A DNA stretch of 64,000 bases from a virus, in IMG/VR virus record IMGVR_UViG_3300010885_080919, positions 34,321-98,320 of that record, one strand, 5' to 3'. This document shows positions 20,211 to 30,209 of the stretch, one piece after another. The notes under the pieces are model-generated. The model was not told the origin of the DNA. It ran no database searches and saw nothing but the letters and a program-made list of their open reading frames with translations. A program made the translations under genes and the position numbers. How positions within the stretch are numbered: the stretch's first letter is position 1; every line of letters starts with the position of its first letter.

Positions 20211-20539
20211 GCAGGATGCAGATTCCCTACAATTGAACGAATCTTAGTTTCCTTATTATCGTAAGGGACAAAGGCTTCCATTGTACCTTCTGCAATCTGA
20301 TTGTTTATAAGATTATAAAACTCAATCCAGAAATAATATCCTTCTTTTGTAGAATAAAATCTTGATAAAGATATACTATCTCCCTTGATCGATCCTCTTT
20401 TGGTTGGTATTATAATTAAATTGTTGAGGTTCTTTTGTAACTCAGTTTTTACAAGAGCTTTTAACAGTTGTATGTCGATAAATTGAGTCCAATTTGCGAC
20501 AATTAGTTCTTCTAATTTTTCTTCTTTGATTATTTTCAT
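20207..20539 (-). CDS. Hypothetical protein
   Basis: ORF. Confidence 0.5.
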   Translation of the reverse strand: MKIIKEEKLEELIVANWTQFIDIQLLKALVKTELQKNLNNLIIIPTKRGSIKGDSISLSRFYSTKEGYYFWIEFYNLINNQIAEGTMEAFVPYDNKETKIRSIVGNLHPA

Positions 20540-20553
20540 AAAGGTAAATAGTA

Positions 20554-20805
20554 ATGAAAAAGCCAATAGATACATTTTTAAAAGAGTATTGCCATGAGCT
20601 TTCCGACGATCATTTGAAGTTTTTGTCTCAAAGGTTTGCTCAGAAACTCTACGGCGACACAGTTGAAATTCTAAATTTTTTGAGTTCTAACAAAGCAGTT
20701 GATAAGTGGTTTTCTTCTGCTTGCTCTTGCGATAATTTCTACGAGATGTTAGACTCGTTTCAAGAGATTGTAGAAAAAGAAAATCAAATTCGACAGCCGG
20801 CTTAA
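20554..20805 (+). CDS. Hypothetical protein
   Basis: ORF with AGGT SD. Confidence 0.55.
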   Translation: MKKPIDTFLKEYCHELSDDHLKFLSQRFAQKLYGDTVEILNFLSSNKAVDKWFSSACSCDNFYEMLDSFQEIVEKENQIRQPA

Positions 20806-20835
20806 TTCATTTATTCATTCATTCATTCATTCATT
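20805..20835. repeat. (ATTC)n microsatellite
   Basis: About 7 tetramer units with one variant. Confidence 0.8.
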
Positions 20836-20840
20836 ATAAG

Positions 20841-20880
20841 GCAAAAGCCCGCACATAGTTTCTATTTGCGGGCTTTTGTT
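20841..20880 (+). terminator. Intrinsic terminator
   Basis: GCAAAAGCCCGCA/TGCGGGCTTTTGT stem. Confidence 0.7.
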
Positions 20881-20897
20881 CTAGAAAGATATAAAAT

Positions 20898-22919
20898 ATG
20901 CCTCCACTACTAAAAATACAAGATCAGCCAATCTTGGTGGAAACCAGTGCCTATCCATATGCTTCATGGAACTTCGAAAAGTTTAATTGTGTTCAAAGCA
21001 GAATAATGGAAGTTTATGACAAAGAGACTAGCGGTCTTATAGCAGCAGCCACAAGTAGCGGCAAAACAATAGTCGCAGAGCTTTTTCTTGCACACGAGAT
21101 AAGAAAAAGAGGCGGCAAAGGAATGTATTTGGTTCCTATGCGAGCTTTAGCTCAAGAAAAAATCGATCAATGGACAGATCCAAAATATCACTTTAAAGAC
21201 TTGAAAGTGTCCATCTGCACCGGTGATTATAGAATCACCAAAGAAAGAGCAAAAGAGCTAGAAGAAGCAGATCTGATTATTATGACATCAGAAATGCTAT
21301 CTCACAGAAGTAGAAACTATAAAGCAGAACAAAATAACTTTTTGAAAAATGTCAACACATTGGTTGTAGATGAAGCACACCTTTTAACAGTTCCAGGTAG
21401 AGGAGATCATCTTGAAGTTGGTTTGATGAAGTTCACAGAAATAAATAAAAATGCAAGAATAATTTTTCTTTCTGCCACAATGCCTAATGTTGAAGAAATA
21501 GCTGGCTGGATATCTTACGGTCTGACAAAAAAAGATACATTTATTCTTGAGTCGAAATTCAGACCAGTTCCTCTCACCACACATTACGAGGTTTATTCAG
21601 AAGATATAAAAGGCTACAGTGCAATCGAACAGGCTAAAGTCGAATACGCAATGGAGATAGTTAAATATTACGAAGAGGACAAATTCTTAATTTTTTCTCA
21701 TACCAAAAAGACCGGTGAGATAATGAAAAAAGAGTTGATAAAATCAGGCATACAAGCAGAATTTCACAATGCTAATTTGGATAAAAAATCAAGAATCTCT
21801 TTAGAGAATAAGTTTAAAAATGAAAAAGACCCAAGAGTTATCGTCGCCACCAGCACTCTTGCATGGGGATGCAACTTGCCAGCAAGAAGAGTTATTATTT
21901 TAGGAGTCCACAGAGGAACAGAAGAAGTAGAGTCTTACGACATACTCCAAATGGTAGGTCGATCTGGTAGGCTTGGAATAGATCCTATGGGAGACGCATA
22001 TATTTTGATTCCAGAAAGCACACAATTAAAATATAAAGAGAAACTAGGCACAGCTCCAAAAATAGAGTCACAATTGCTACAGAAAAATGGAAGTCACTAT
22101 AAAAATTTGGCATTTCATTTGGTCAGTGAGATATATCATGATTCAATCAAAACAAATGAGGATGTTCACAAATGGTACGAAAGATCTTTAGCTTATTTTC
22201 AAAATAAAGAATTAGAAGACAGCATCCTGAATAGCACCTTAGATTCTTTGACCAAATGTGGAGCTATAGCTTTTCAAGACAATCGATGGACTGCGAGGGC
22301 TATTGGTAAAGTCTCTAGTATGTTTTATTTTAGTCCGTTCGATACATCTGATTTATTTTTTAATATGAAGTTTCTTTTTGACAATAAAAAACAGAATGAT
22401 GAGTATTATGTTTCTATGGCTTTGGCCAATATAGACAGCAATAGAACTCCCATAGTTTCTAAAGCAGAAAAAGATGAGATGTTCACGTACAAGAATAAGG
22501 TGCTAGCTAATAGGACAAACAAGTTCATTACAGAAGGATCTTGTAAAATTGGGTTTTGTTATTTTAATCTTTTAAAAGGAAGTGTAAACCCAGTCTTTGC
22601 AGCTATGCAGAGAAATTTGCAGCTTGATTTCAATAGGATTTCCCAAATCATACAGGCTTTAGATTCTTTTGGTGGCAAGTGGAATGCTAAAGGTTGGATT
22701 AAAAATATAGAAGGCATGATTACGTACGGAGTGCCACAACACTTGGTAAGCTTGTGCTCTGTGCCTAGTATTGGCAAGGTTCGTGCTAAGAAGCTGTACG
22801 AAGCAGGAATTAAAGATGCAAAATCCATTGCAGCGTGTGATAAAGAAGCTCTTAAAAAGCTTTTGAATATGAAAATGGAATCTATAGAACAAATTATTAA
22901 GGATTCTTCTTCTTCTTAG
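20898..22919 (+). CDS. Ski2/Hel308-like SF2 DEAH helicase with C-terminal HhH
   Basis: TSSGKT, P.RALA.EK, TGD, DEAH, RG..LE, SAT, RPVPL, ATSTLAWG.NLPA, QMVGRSGR, IGKVRAKKLYEAG. Confidence 0.9.
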   Translation: MPPLLKIQDQPILVETSAYPYASWNFEKFNCVQSRIMEVYDKETSGLIAAATSSGKTIVAELFLAHEIRKRGGKGMYLVPMRALAQEKIDQWTDPKYHFKDLKVSICTGDYRITKERAKELEEADLIIMTSEMLSHRSRNYKAEQNNFLKNVNTLVVDEAHLLTVPGRGDHLEVGLMKFTEINKNARIIFLSATMPNVEEIAGWISYGLTKKDTFILESKFRPVPLTTHYEVYSEDIKGYSAIEQAKVEYAMEIVKYYEEDKFLIFSHTKKTGEIMKKELIKSGIQAEFHNANLDKKSRISLENKFKNEKDPRVIVATSTLAWGCNLPARRVIILGVHRGTEEVESYDILQMVGRSGRLGIDPMGDAYILIPESTQLKYKEKLGTAPKIESQLLQKNGSHYKNLAFHLVSEIYHDSIKTNEDVHKWYERSLAYFQNKELEDSILNSTLDSLTKCGAIAFQDNRWTARAIGKVSSMFYFSPFDTSDLFFNMKFLFDNKKQNDEYYVSMALANIDSNRTPIVSKAEKDEMFTYKNKVLANRTNKFITEGSCKIGFCYFNLLKGSVNPVFAAMQRNLQLDFNRISQIIQALDSFGGKWNAKGWIKNIEGMITYGVPQHLVSLCSVPSIGKVRAKKLYEAGIKDAKSIAACDKEALKKLLNMKMESIEQIIKDSSSS

Positions 22920-23835
22920 AAGAATTCTTCTTTTTTGTCACTCGTTTTATAAGCTCTTTTTTATTTACGTATGTCTTAGACTTACCGGTTTTCAAGTTTC
23001 TTCGTTTTATTACTTTGAATGCGGGAGCACATGGTGGTGGCAACAATGTGCCTGAGTCTGAGATAAAATTACAAGCACAAGGACAAGCTCCGCTAATCGG
23101 TGTAAGTCCAAAGAATATTTCTACAACATCACAATTTGAAACTTGTTTACTTTTTGTGTTTGTTCCGTTTATTGTCACATTGAATTGCCCGCAAGAAGTT
23201 GATGGAGTATCAACTGTAACAGTTCCATCTCCAATTGCTATGAATTTTAGATATCCCGCTGCATGCCCTTCTGTTCCTACCACCATGCAACAGCCACCAA
23301 AAGACACAGAAACAGTCTTTTCTTCACATGCCGGTATGGAGCAAGGAGAAGAAAGTATATAAACGATATTTCCATCGTCATCTGTATACTCTTCATCTTC
23401 TTCGTGTAAAGTAAAGTCTTCTTCTGGATTATAGTTGAATTTTGGAAAATCAACATCTAATTGTGTGAGAGACAGAAGTTCTGGGTCTTGCACTTCTTCT
23501 ATTTCGGTTATCGAGCTTTTCTTTAAATTTTCGCAAGATTTTATATCTTTGTGTGCGGAGCACATGCACTCATCATATGATTCATATATTTTACTTCCCA
23601 GCGGAGCATCTGGGGTGTATACACAACTACTATCTGTTGCAATATAACCAGCTTGTTTTTCTGTATCGGCAACACGCATAGCGGGCGGTGCAGCACAGTC
23701 CCCGCAGTTATATATAAATGACCAGCCTGTATAACAAGGATTAGGCGGGAAACAATTGTCACTGCAACTACATCCGCACCAACTTCCGCTGGTACCGGGA
23801 GCATTTCCGCAGTTATATGGAGGGTTACATCCCAT
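22897..23835 (-). CDS. Cysteine-rich hypothetical protein
   Basis: Many Cys, acidic linker, basic C-tail. Confidence 0.65.
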   Translation of the reverse strand: MGCNPPYNCGNAPGTSGSWCGCSCSDNCFPPNPCYTGWSFIYNCGDCAAPPAMRVADTEKQAGYIATDSSCVYTPDAPLGSKIYESYDECMCSAHKDIKSCENLKKSSITEIEEVQDPELLSLTQLDVDFPKFNYNPEEDFTLHEEDEEYTDDDGNIVYILSSPCSIPACEEKTVSVSFGGCCMVVGTEGHAAGYLKFIAIGDGTVTVDTPSTSCGQFNVTINGTNTKSKQVSNCDVVEIFFGLTPISGACPCACNFISDSGTLLPPPCAPAFKVIKRRNLKTGKSKTYVNKKELIKRVTKKKNSSKKKKNP

Positions 23836-24088
23836 TCTTCCCTTTTCCGAAGAACCCGACTGGGTATTCTATTTTTACAGTGCCTTTTTCAGATAAATTG
23901 CCATTTTCATCTTCTGCCCACCATCTAACTTGTTCGATAGGTATGCCTAATTCATCCATATGACACTTATCTTTTGGAAAAACAGGCATGTGGTATTGTG
24001 TGCCTTCTATCAATATTGCTACTTTGCATTCTTTTTTTTCGTTATTGTAAAGCAGGCAGTTCCCACAAATCTTTTTTATGTCTTTCAT
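23825..24088 (-). CDS. Small Cys-containing hypothetical protein
   Basis: AAGGA SD; CxxC..C..C. Confidence 0.6.
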   Translation of the reverse strand: MKDIKKICGNCLLYNNEKKECKVAILIEGTQYHMPVFPKDKCHMDELGIPIEQVRWWAEDENGNLSEKGTVKIEYPVGFFGKGKNGM

Positions 24089-24168
24089 ATCCTTTCTCCG
24101 TATGATATAATAGTGTATCCACCTATATTTGAAGATTAAATCAGCTTTTATACGACAAGGAATTTTAC

Positions 24169-25287
24169 ATGATAATAGGTATTGCTGGGCGAAAAAGCTC
24201 AGGCAAAAGCACAATTGCCAATGTGTTGATAAATAAAGGGTTTAAAAAAGCGAGTTTTGGAGACCCTTTGAAAAGATATATCTCCCAGCTATATGATTGG
24301 GAAATAGACTCATTATACACACAAGAGGGTAAAGAGTCTCTTTTAAATTTTCCTGTAGAATGGAACGAGGATGCCTGTAAGAAGCTTTCTGATATTATCG
24401 GAATAGAAATACCTTATTCGGGTAAAAAGGTCTTTAATACAAAAAGAGACGCCCTACAGTATATTGGCACAGACGTTTTAAGAGATCAAGTAGATAAAGA
24501 TTTCCATATAAATAAATTCAAACAATTCTTTACCGAAGGAGACTATGTTTGTGATGATTTAAGGTTCCCCAATGAATCTCAAACAATAAAAGACATGGGT
24601 GGAATTCCTATTTTCTTGATAAGGCCTAATTATTGGGATTATTCTAATCATTCAAGTGAGATATCGCTTTGTAGGCATGATTTTAATTATGTGTACATTA
24701 ATGACAAATCAAAGGTTGAAATACTCGAGAAATTCAATTCTTTTATGGAGAATTTATTTGATCAAAAATATGAAACATTTAGCAAAGATAAGTTTATAGA
24801 CATCTTTAGCAGTTGTGATTTTGACACAGAGATCATGGCTAACAAACTTCGGCTCAGTGTAGATGAAATTTCTAATTATGTTGAAAAATACATGCCATCG
24901 ATTTACGGAGATTCATACTCTGTAAACAACCATGCTTTTAGCAGAATCACACCTGAGTCAGCGTTTTGGGCAGGGGCCGTATCTATTGCAGGGCGTGTTG
25001 TTGAGTATTCAAAATACGATTATTTTTTAGAATTTAGTAGCAAAAATAAACCTTTTGTTGAGAATTTTAAAAGATTCATACAAACTAAAAATGAAATTTA
25101 TAATGTTACTTCTAGACACGGAAAGAAGTATTATCTCCAAGCAGGATCACCTTATCTAACAGAAGATTTAAAACTGTGGAATATTGAACCCACAAGCTCA
25201 GTTTCAAGAGAACCGGAAGTATTGCAGGATAGTCCTTTGCTTGATTATTGGGTTGTTGGTAAAAAAACAGGAGAATCCAATGGATAA
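24169..25287 (+). CDS. dNMP kinase fused to a degenerate LAGLIDADG-like domain
   Basis: GRKSSGKS, SFGDPLK, R.ALQYIGTD..R, DDLRFPNE, HSSE; C-terminal N.HAF..ITPESAFWAG...AG. Confidence 0.8.
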   Translation: MIIGIAGRKSSGKSTIANVLINKGFKKASFGDPLKRYISQLYDWEIDSLYTQEGKESLLNFPVEWNEDACKKLSDIIGIEIPYSGKKVFNTKRDALQYIGTDVLRDQVDKDFHINKFKQFFTEGDYVCDDLRFPNESQTIKDMGGIPIFLIRPNYWDYSNHSSEISLCRHDFNYVYINDKSKVEILEKFNSFMENLFDQKYETFSKDKFIDIFSSCDFDTEIMANKLRLSVDEISNYVEKYMPSIYGDSYSVNNHAFSRITPESAFWAGAVSIAGRVVEYSKYDYFLEFSSKNKPFVENFKRFIQTKNEIYNVTSRHGKKYYLQAGSPYLTEDLKLWNIEPTSSVSREPEVLQDSPLLDYWVVGKKTGESNG

Positions 25288-25534
25288 TTTCACAAAAAAA
25301 GACTTTATGAAAGACCTTAGAGATTTGATAGAAAAATATGATGGAATGTTATCATTTGAAACCAATCAAGAATATTTCGACACATGCGAAGATAGTTATG
25401 CTTGCGAACCATGCAAGACTTTTAAAATTGAATTTGATGATTATGTATATTCGACTGAAGATTGTGTTGTAAAACGTACTCCTTTTGTATTCAACATTGA
25501 AGATCTAGAAAACCTATATGGAGAAAAACAATGA
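25280..25534 (+). CDS. Hypothetical protein
   Basis: AGGAG SD, ORF. Confidence 0.55.
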   Translation: MDNFTKKDFMKDLRDLIEKYDGMLSFETNQEYFDTCEDSYACEPCKTFKIEFDDYVYSTEDCVVKRTPFVFNIEDLENLYGEKQ

Positions 25535-25583
25535 ATGCAAATCAACTTCAAACCCTGCGGTCAGCACATACTGACGAACGAAT

Positions 25584-25865
25584 ATGAACTTCTCCCAAAG
25601 AATATTCTTAGCAACACTGATCATGGTTCCCACTTTTGAATTTGATTCAAATTGGCAGTATCGTCATGGTGAAAAGGTAGAGGTGTGGATTCCGCCGATT
25701 GCAGACTTAATGATTGATGGTTCTTGGAATGATGGCACATTCAATTTAGTGAAGCGCCAGATAGATATAGACGGAACATTTGGTGGGGCTTATGTGCCGT
25801 TGGATGGTGTTAAAAGAGCTTTACCACAAAACTGGGTACGTAGAAAACGGGAAGAAAGAAAGTGA
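25584..25865 (+). CDS. Hypothetical protein (start uncertain)
   Basis: ORF; upstream frames ambiguous. Confidence 0.4.
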   Translation: MNFSQRIFLATLIMVPTFEFDSNWQYRHGEKVEVWIPPIADLMIDGSWNDGTFNLVKRQIDIDGTFGGAYVPLDGVKRALPQNWVRRKREERK

Positions 25866-25872
25866 AAATTGA

Positions 25873-26514
25873 TCATATGAAAAATTTTTCTCCTATAGCA
25901 CAAGCTGTATTTGTCAAAGGTAAGAATTTAAACTTTTGGCAAATGCTGACTCCGTGTCTAAATTTTAAATCTGTTCCTACTCCATGATTCTTTTTTCTAG
26001 GATGTAAGCAAAATACATCGTACCCGAGTTTTTTTAACTTATTAGTCATATCTCTCTCGACCCTTTGATGTACTTTAGGTTTTCCGTCTACACCATAATG
26101 GACATTCGTATCGTGTAGGGCTATTATTGTTTTGTTGTCGATTGTTCCTGATTTGACCAATCTATCATGAAGTCCGATTTGCGACATATTATGGCAGTCA
26201 AAAAACACCAAATCAAGAGGATCTCCTTGAGCAAAATCCAAATGGTCTACTTTGTTTGCGTCTTTTTGAATAACTATGTGGTTGCTTGAAAGCTTAGGGA
26301 CTTTATTGAGGTCTACGGTGTAAAGTACGCCTTCTGTCATAGATGCCAAAAAGTTCTGGGCAGAATAGCCATGCAGTCCACCTACTTCCAATATTCTTTT
26401 CATCCTCATTGCTTTTACTATTGAGTATAAAAACAATGCTTCATCGTCTTGAATTGGCCCGCAAACCCTTTGGTGTTCTTCCTGTTGCAGGTGGTTTAGA
26501 TTATATTTGACCAT
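25873..26514 (-). CDS. Class I SAM methyltransferase (Methyltransf_24-like)
   Basis: ILEVGG..GYSA, YTVD, LDLVFFDCH, IALHDT. Confidence 0.8.
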   Translation of the reverse strand: MVKYNLNHLQQEEHQRVCGPIQDDEALFLYSIVKAMRMKRILEVGGLHGYSAQNFLASMTEGVLYTVDLNKVPKLSSNHIVIQKDANKVDHLDFAQGDPLDLVFFDCHNMSQIGLHDRLVKSGTIDNKTIIALHDTNVHYGVDGKPKVHQRVERDMTNKLKKLGYDVFCLHPRKKNHGVGTDLKFRHGVSICQKFKFLPLTNTACAIGEKFFI

Positions 26515-26653
26515 GTTAGTTCCTCCTTGAACTAATTTATATAGTCTGTTTTGCTATTGATTATTTTAACATATGGTGAAAATTGATATGATTCCTCATG
26601 TCTATAAGCATGGTCTAATATCTTTTTCAAATCAGGCAGCGTACTAAAACCAT

Positions 26654-27478
26654 TCAAGATGCCTTCGAAGGCTGATTTTTGAAATAAAGGAAATACTTTG
26701 TTAAAGTAAGAACAAATTTATTATAACACGATTTTAATTCTTCTATTTGTTGAGGAGTTAAATTAAATTTGTTTTTTAATCTCTCAAGATCTTCACCGAA
26801 ATGTATAAGTGTGTCCACACTTCCAGATATTTTTTTCTTGTAGAAGTTTTGTTTGAACTTATTGAAATCTAAAGATGCGTCTTGAGGAAACATCTTATAG
26901 TATCTGTAGGCACTTTCCTTAGCGTAAGCTGAAACTTCTCCACTGTGACAAAGATAATCTCTGGCTCTTATAAGAGCGTTTTCTTCGCTCTCATCGGGAG
27001 CAGTACCTACATCTAATAAGTGTTGTAATTCGTGTTGTATGGTTGCCTTATAAGCGTCAGGGTCTTTCATAAAAATAAATATGTTAATGCGCATTTCGTC
27101 ACTCTTGCCTTTATTTTCTCCCCAACCATGGATTACTAATCCACCGGCCTCGCTCTCCTCTACAGGAAACCCCAAATAAAAAGGCGTAGCCAACGATGGA
27201 AAAGCATTCTTTATCATATCGGGAATCAAGATCTCTATCCCACAACCAGAAGGCTTCCATCCTTTTGCATTTTTTGAAGGACGATATAAACGTCCCACTC
27301 TTCCAAAATCACGACAAAATTTTATATAGTCATTTACGTCATTGATTGTATAATTTTGTTGGTCTATTTGCTGCTTAAGGTCAAATAAAACATCTCTAAT
27401 AATAATATAAAGTTGCTTAAAAGCTGAGTTCTGCTCAGGTGTTATTTCTTCTTTAAAAAGCCAAATCTTAAAATTCAT
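26654..27478 (-). CDS. HEXXH zincin-like protein with capsid-targeting-like N-terminus
   Basis: QHELQH, Y....GEVSAY; starts MNFKIWL..EE. Confidence 0.6.
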   Translation of the reverse strand: MNFKIWLFKEEITPEQNSAFKQLYIIIRDVLFDLKQQIDQQNYTINDVNDYIKFCRDFGRVGRLYRPSKNAKGWKPSGCGIEILIPDMIKNAFPSLATPFYLGFPVEESEAGGLVIHGWGENKGKSDEMRINIFIFMKDPDAYKATIQHELQHLLDVGTAPDESEENALIRARDYLCHSGEVSAYAKESAYRYYKMFPQDASLDFNKFKQNFYKKKISGSVDTLIHFGEDLERLKNKFNLTPQQIEELKSCYNKFVLTLTKYFLYFKNQPSKAS

Positions 27479-27540
27479 AATTCACCAATAAAGAACATTG
27501 CTCTTTTATATATTGACCGAGACTGTTTTCTAGCCAAATT

Positions 27541-28209
27541 TTAAAGCTCATAAGCTCCGCCATTCTTTATTTTTTGTTTTAATTTACTCATTCCTACCTC
27601 TGTGAGCACCATAAATTTGTATCCACGGGTTTCACAAAAGTATTGGCAGGCGGACCATTTAGCATTGTTTTTAGGCAAGCTAGTTTGATTAGATGGTTTG
27701 ATTTCCCATATTTCTACATGTCCATCATGGAAAAACACCTGTAGATCTGGATTGTATTCGTGACTTTCTCCCTGAAAACTATACTGCACAGCAAAAGGTT
27801 CGACTTCATATCTCATTACTTCTTCCAAAGCTTCTAATGATTCATATACCTCGCACTCCATGCCAGATCTATAATGAACTTCTTTTCCGTTTTTAACGGA
27901 AAACATGTATCCTTCTCTAAACTTGGGTTTTCTTTGTGTCATTTTCCCAGTTTTTGAGTTTTGATCTTTCCATATAGTGGCTCTAAATTGTCCTATTTTT
28001 GGAATAGATTGAGAAGGATGTTTGGTCTTAAAGTGTTGACGTAAGTCTCTAACGCATGCTCTACATCGCTCAAGAGGACATCTTATATATTCTCTTCCTT
28101 CTTCGTGGTTTTCTGTTATGTGGTCTGTAAATTCGTTGAAACTTGTGTGGCTAACTCCGCACACAAAACATGTGTATTGTCTTTTATCGTTTTTTTCAAA
28201 AGGAAACAT
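27541..28209 (-). CDS. TnsA/T4 gp4-like head completion endonuclease with N-terminal C2H2 zinc fingers
   Basis: YRSGMEC, Y.PD, WEIKP, KW.A...C...G.KF.VLTE; CxxC-x12-HxxxxH and CxxxxC..HxxxxH. Confidence 0.75.
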   Translation of the reverse strand: MFPFEKNDKRQYTCFVCGVSHTSFNEFTDHITENHEEGREYIRCPLERCRACVRDLRQHFKTKHPSQSIPKIGQFRATIWKDQNSKTGKMTQRKPKFREGYMFSVKNGKEVHYRSGMECEVYESLEALEEVMRYEVEPFAVQYSFQGESHEYNPDLQVFFHDGHVEIWEIKPSNQTSLPKNNAKWSACQYFCETRGYKFMVLTEVGMSKLKQKIKNGGAYEL

Positions 28210-28210
28210 A

Positions 28211-28528
28211 TTATTTTTTCTTTGATATGTGACTCACAACATCTCTTTTATCGCATACTTTTATGCTTGGTATATCTTTTTCGCCAAATAACACAATTTT
28301 TGGATCATCTTTTTTAGATTTTGATAAATTTTTAGCCATAAATTTTATTTCTTTTCCAGGCTCTGTGGTTAAATCATCTGTATCATTTGATTTTATTTTG
28401 GCAAACACAATACGGCTATCTTCAGGAGCAGCAAAATACTCACCATCTTTTTTAAAGAAAAGAGTAAATCCTTCTTCGTCTAAGCTATTAGATATATCGT
28501 AGAATGTTTCCCAAGTCATAATTTTCAT
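28211..28528 (-). CDS. Hypothetical protein
   Basis: ORF. Confidence 0.55.
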   Translation of the reverse strand: MKIMTWETFYDISNSLDEEGFTLFFKKDGEYFAAPEDSRIVFAKIKSNDTDDLTTEPGKEIKFMAKNLSKSKKDDPKIVLFGEKDIPSIKVCDKRDVVSHISKKK

Positions 28529-28570
28529 GGTTTTTTCTCTATTTGTAATCAGATATGATATATAGTTATT

Positions 28571-29023
28571 ATGAGTAATTTATCTGGTTTTAAACAATTT
28601 GTTATTAAAGAGGAAGAAGGTCCCGAACCTGAAAACAAAATTGATTATTTTTCAGCTTTAGGAGACGAAGAAGGTATAGAGTGGTCTGATTTAGTGAAAG
28701 CTTATGAATCAGACCCACAAATATCAGCTCATTTTGGGTTGGGACAAAATATTTATAAACTTTCTCCTTGGGAAATTGTTAAAGGCTCTTTGACTCCGAA
28801 TGGAGCAGATATAAGATTAAAACCACAAAGAGGTAATAGGAGTTATTTAAAAGGAAATAGATTGAATAAATCCAATTACGAAGACAATAGAAGATATCAT
28901 TTAAATAGAAAAGAATTATTGAATTTTCTAACCAAAGGATGGACGCCCATAGTTCAACCAGCAGGAGGCGATATGGGAGGAGGAATGGGCGATATGGGTG
29001 GCGGAATGGGAGCGATAACTTGA
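28571..29023 (+). CDS. Hypothetical protein with GGM-rich tail
   Basis: ORF; starts ...FKQFVIKEE. Confidence 0.6.
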   Translation: MSNLSGFKQFVIKEEEGPEPENKIDYFSALGDEEGIEWSDLVKAYESDPQISAHFGLGQNIYKLSPWEIVKGSLTPNGADIRLKPQRGNRSYLKGNRLNKSNYEDNRRYHLNRKELLNFLTKGWTPIVQPAGGDMGGGMGDMGGGMGAIT

Positions 29024-29211
29024 TGAGTTTTAAAGAATGGTTCAAATTACAAGAAGTTGGCACATCCACAGCCTCTGTGGCTCCTTTTATTCGTCCCTTA
29101 TTTGGTGGGCCTGTAACAAGGATGTATCCTGACCCTGTCACTATAGAAATAGATCCATTTTTTAAAAAGAAAAAAAATTCTCGTCTTGATCAAAAATCTG
29201 ATATAAAGTAA
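29023..29211 (+). CDS. Small hypothetical protein
   Basis: TGATG coupling; MSFKEWFKLQE. Confidence 0.55.
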   Translation: MSFKEWFKLQEVGTSTASVAPFIRPLFGGPVTRMYPDPVTIEIDPFFKKKKNSRLDQKSDIK

Positions 29212-29246
29212 TATCAAAAAGTCAGATTTATTCTTGGGATCAAAGC

Positions 29247-29903
29247 ATGAGTGTTAAATTTGTTTCTATAACACCGGACGCAGAGAAGCTAATGGCATAC
29301 TGCGCCAGAGTCAGCAATCCGGCCAATCAAGACTCTGAAAATTATTCTAGACTTTTGAAATATTGTATAGATAATTCTCACTGGTCCATATTTGAAATGT
29401 CGAACATGGTTCTAGAGATCGATACAACCCGAGCTATCGCCGCACAAATTTTACGGCATAAAAGCTTCAATTTTCAAGAATTTAGTTTAAGATATTCGGA
29501 TGCAACACTGCTATCAGAGGATATTCCGCTTTTCGATCTTAGAAGACAAGATACTAAAAATAGACAAAATAGCATCGATGATATATCTGATGAAATAAAA
29601 GTGAAATGGAATGCTCGTATCCGTGAACATTTCTCAAAAGCAAAATCAATTTACGACGGAATGATTGCGGATGGCATAGCAAAAGAGTGTGCTAGATTCG
29701 TGCTTCCGTTGAATACGCCCACTAGACTATACATGCAGGGAAGCATTAGGTCGTGGATACATTATATTTCTCTTAGAGAAAAAAACGGCACACAAAAAGA
29801 ACACATGCAAATAGCATGTGATGCAAAGAAGATTTTTTGTGAACAGCTTCCGATTGTCTCAGAAGCTTTAAATTGGAGTTCTAAATTAGGAGATCAAACA
29901 TGA
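29247..29903 (+). CDS. thyX: Flavin-dependent thymidylate synthase
   Basis: ARVS, HWS.FE, RHKSFNFQEFSLRY ThyX motif, E.ARFVLP, Q.EH. Confidence 0.95.
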   Translation: MSVKFVSITPDAEKLMAYCARVSNPANQDSENYSRLLKYCIDNSHWSIFEMSNMVLEIDTTRAIAAQILRHKSFNFQEFSLRYSDATLLSEDIPLFDLRRQDTKNRQNSIDDISDEIKVKWNARIREHFSKAKSIYDGMIADGIAKECARFVLPLNTPTRLYMQGSIRSWIHYISLREKNGTQKEHMQIACDAKKIFCEQLPIVSEALNWSSKLGDQT

Positions 29904-30178
29904 TCAAAGTTGTTAAATTGGTTACGGGCGAAGATGTGGTTGCGGATGTTGAGTGTACACCTGTAAGTATCATTCTAAAAAACCCACAAAGGTTTATGAT
30001 GACGCAGGAGGGTATCGGTTCTATTCCGCTTGTGCCGTTCTCATCAGATAGCAAATATGAAATCAACATGAATCATGTGGTTTTAATATGTGAACCAGAT
30101 CAAGATATAAAGAACGGTTATAACGCTCAACATGGAAGTGGTATTGTCATACCCACAAATGACAAAATAATTCAGTAG
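29900..30178 (+). CDS. T4-like Sm-fold small protein
   Basis: IKVVKLVTGEDVVA...LKNP...Y.AQ.GSGIV.P pattern. Confidence 0.6.
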   Translation: MIKVVKLVTGEDVVADVECTPVSIILKNPQRFMMTQEGIGSIPLVPFSSDSKYEINMNHVVLICEPDQDIKNGYNAQHGSGIVIPTNDKIIQ

Positions 30179-30209
30179 CTATTTTCTGCGAGCCATACTC
30201 GATTGTAGT

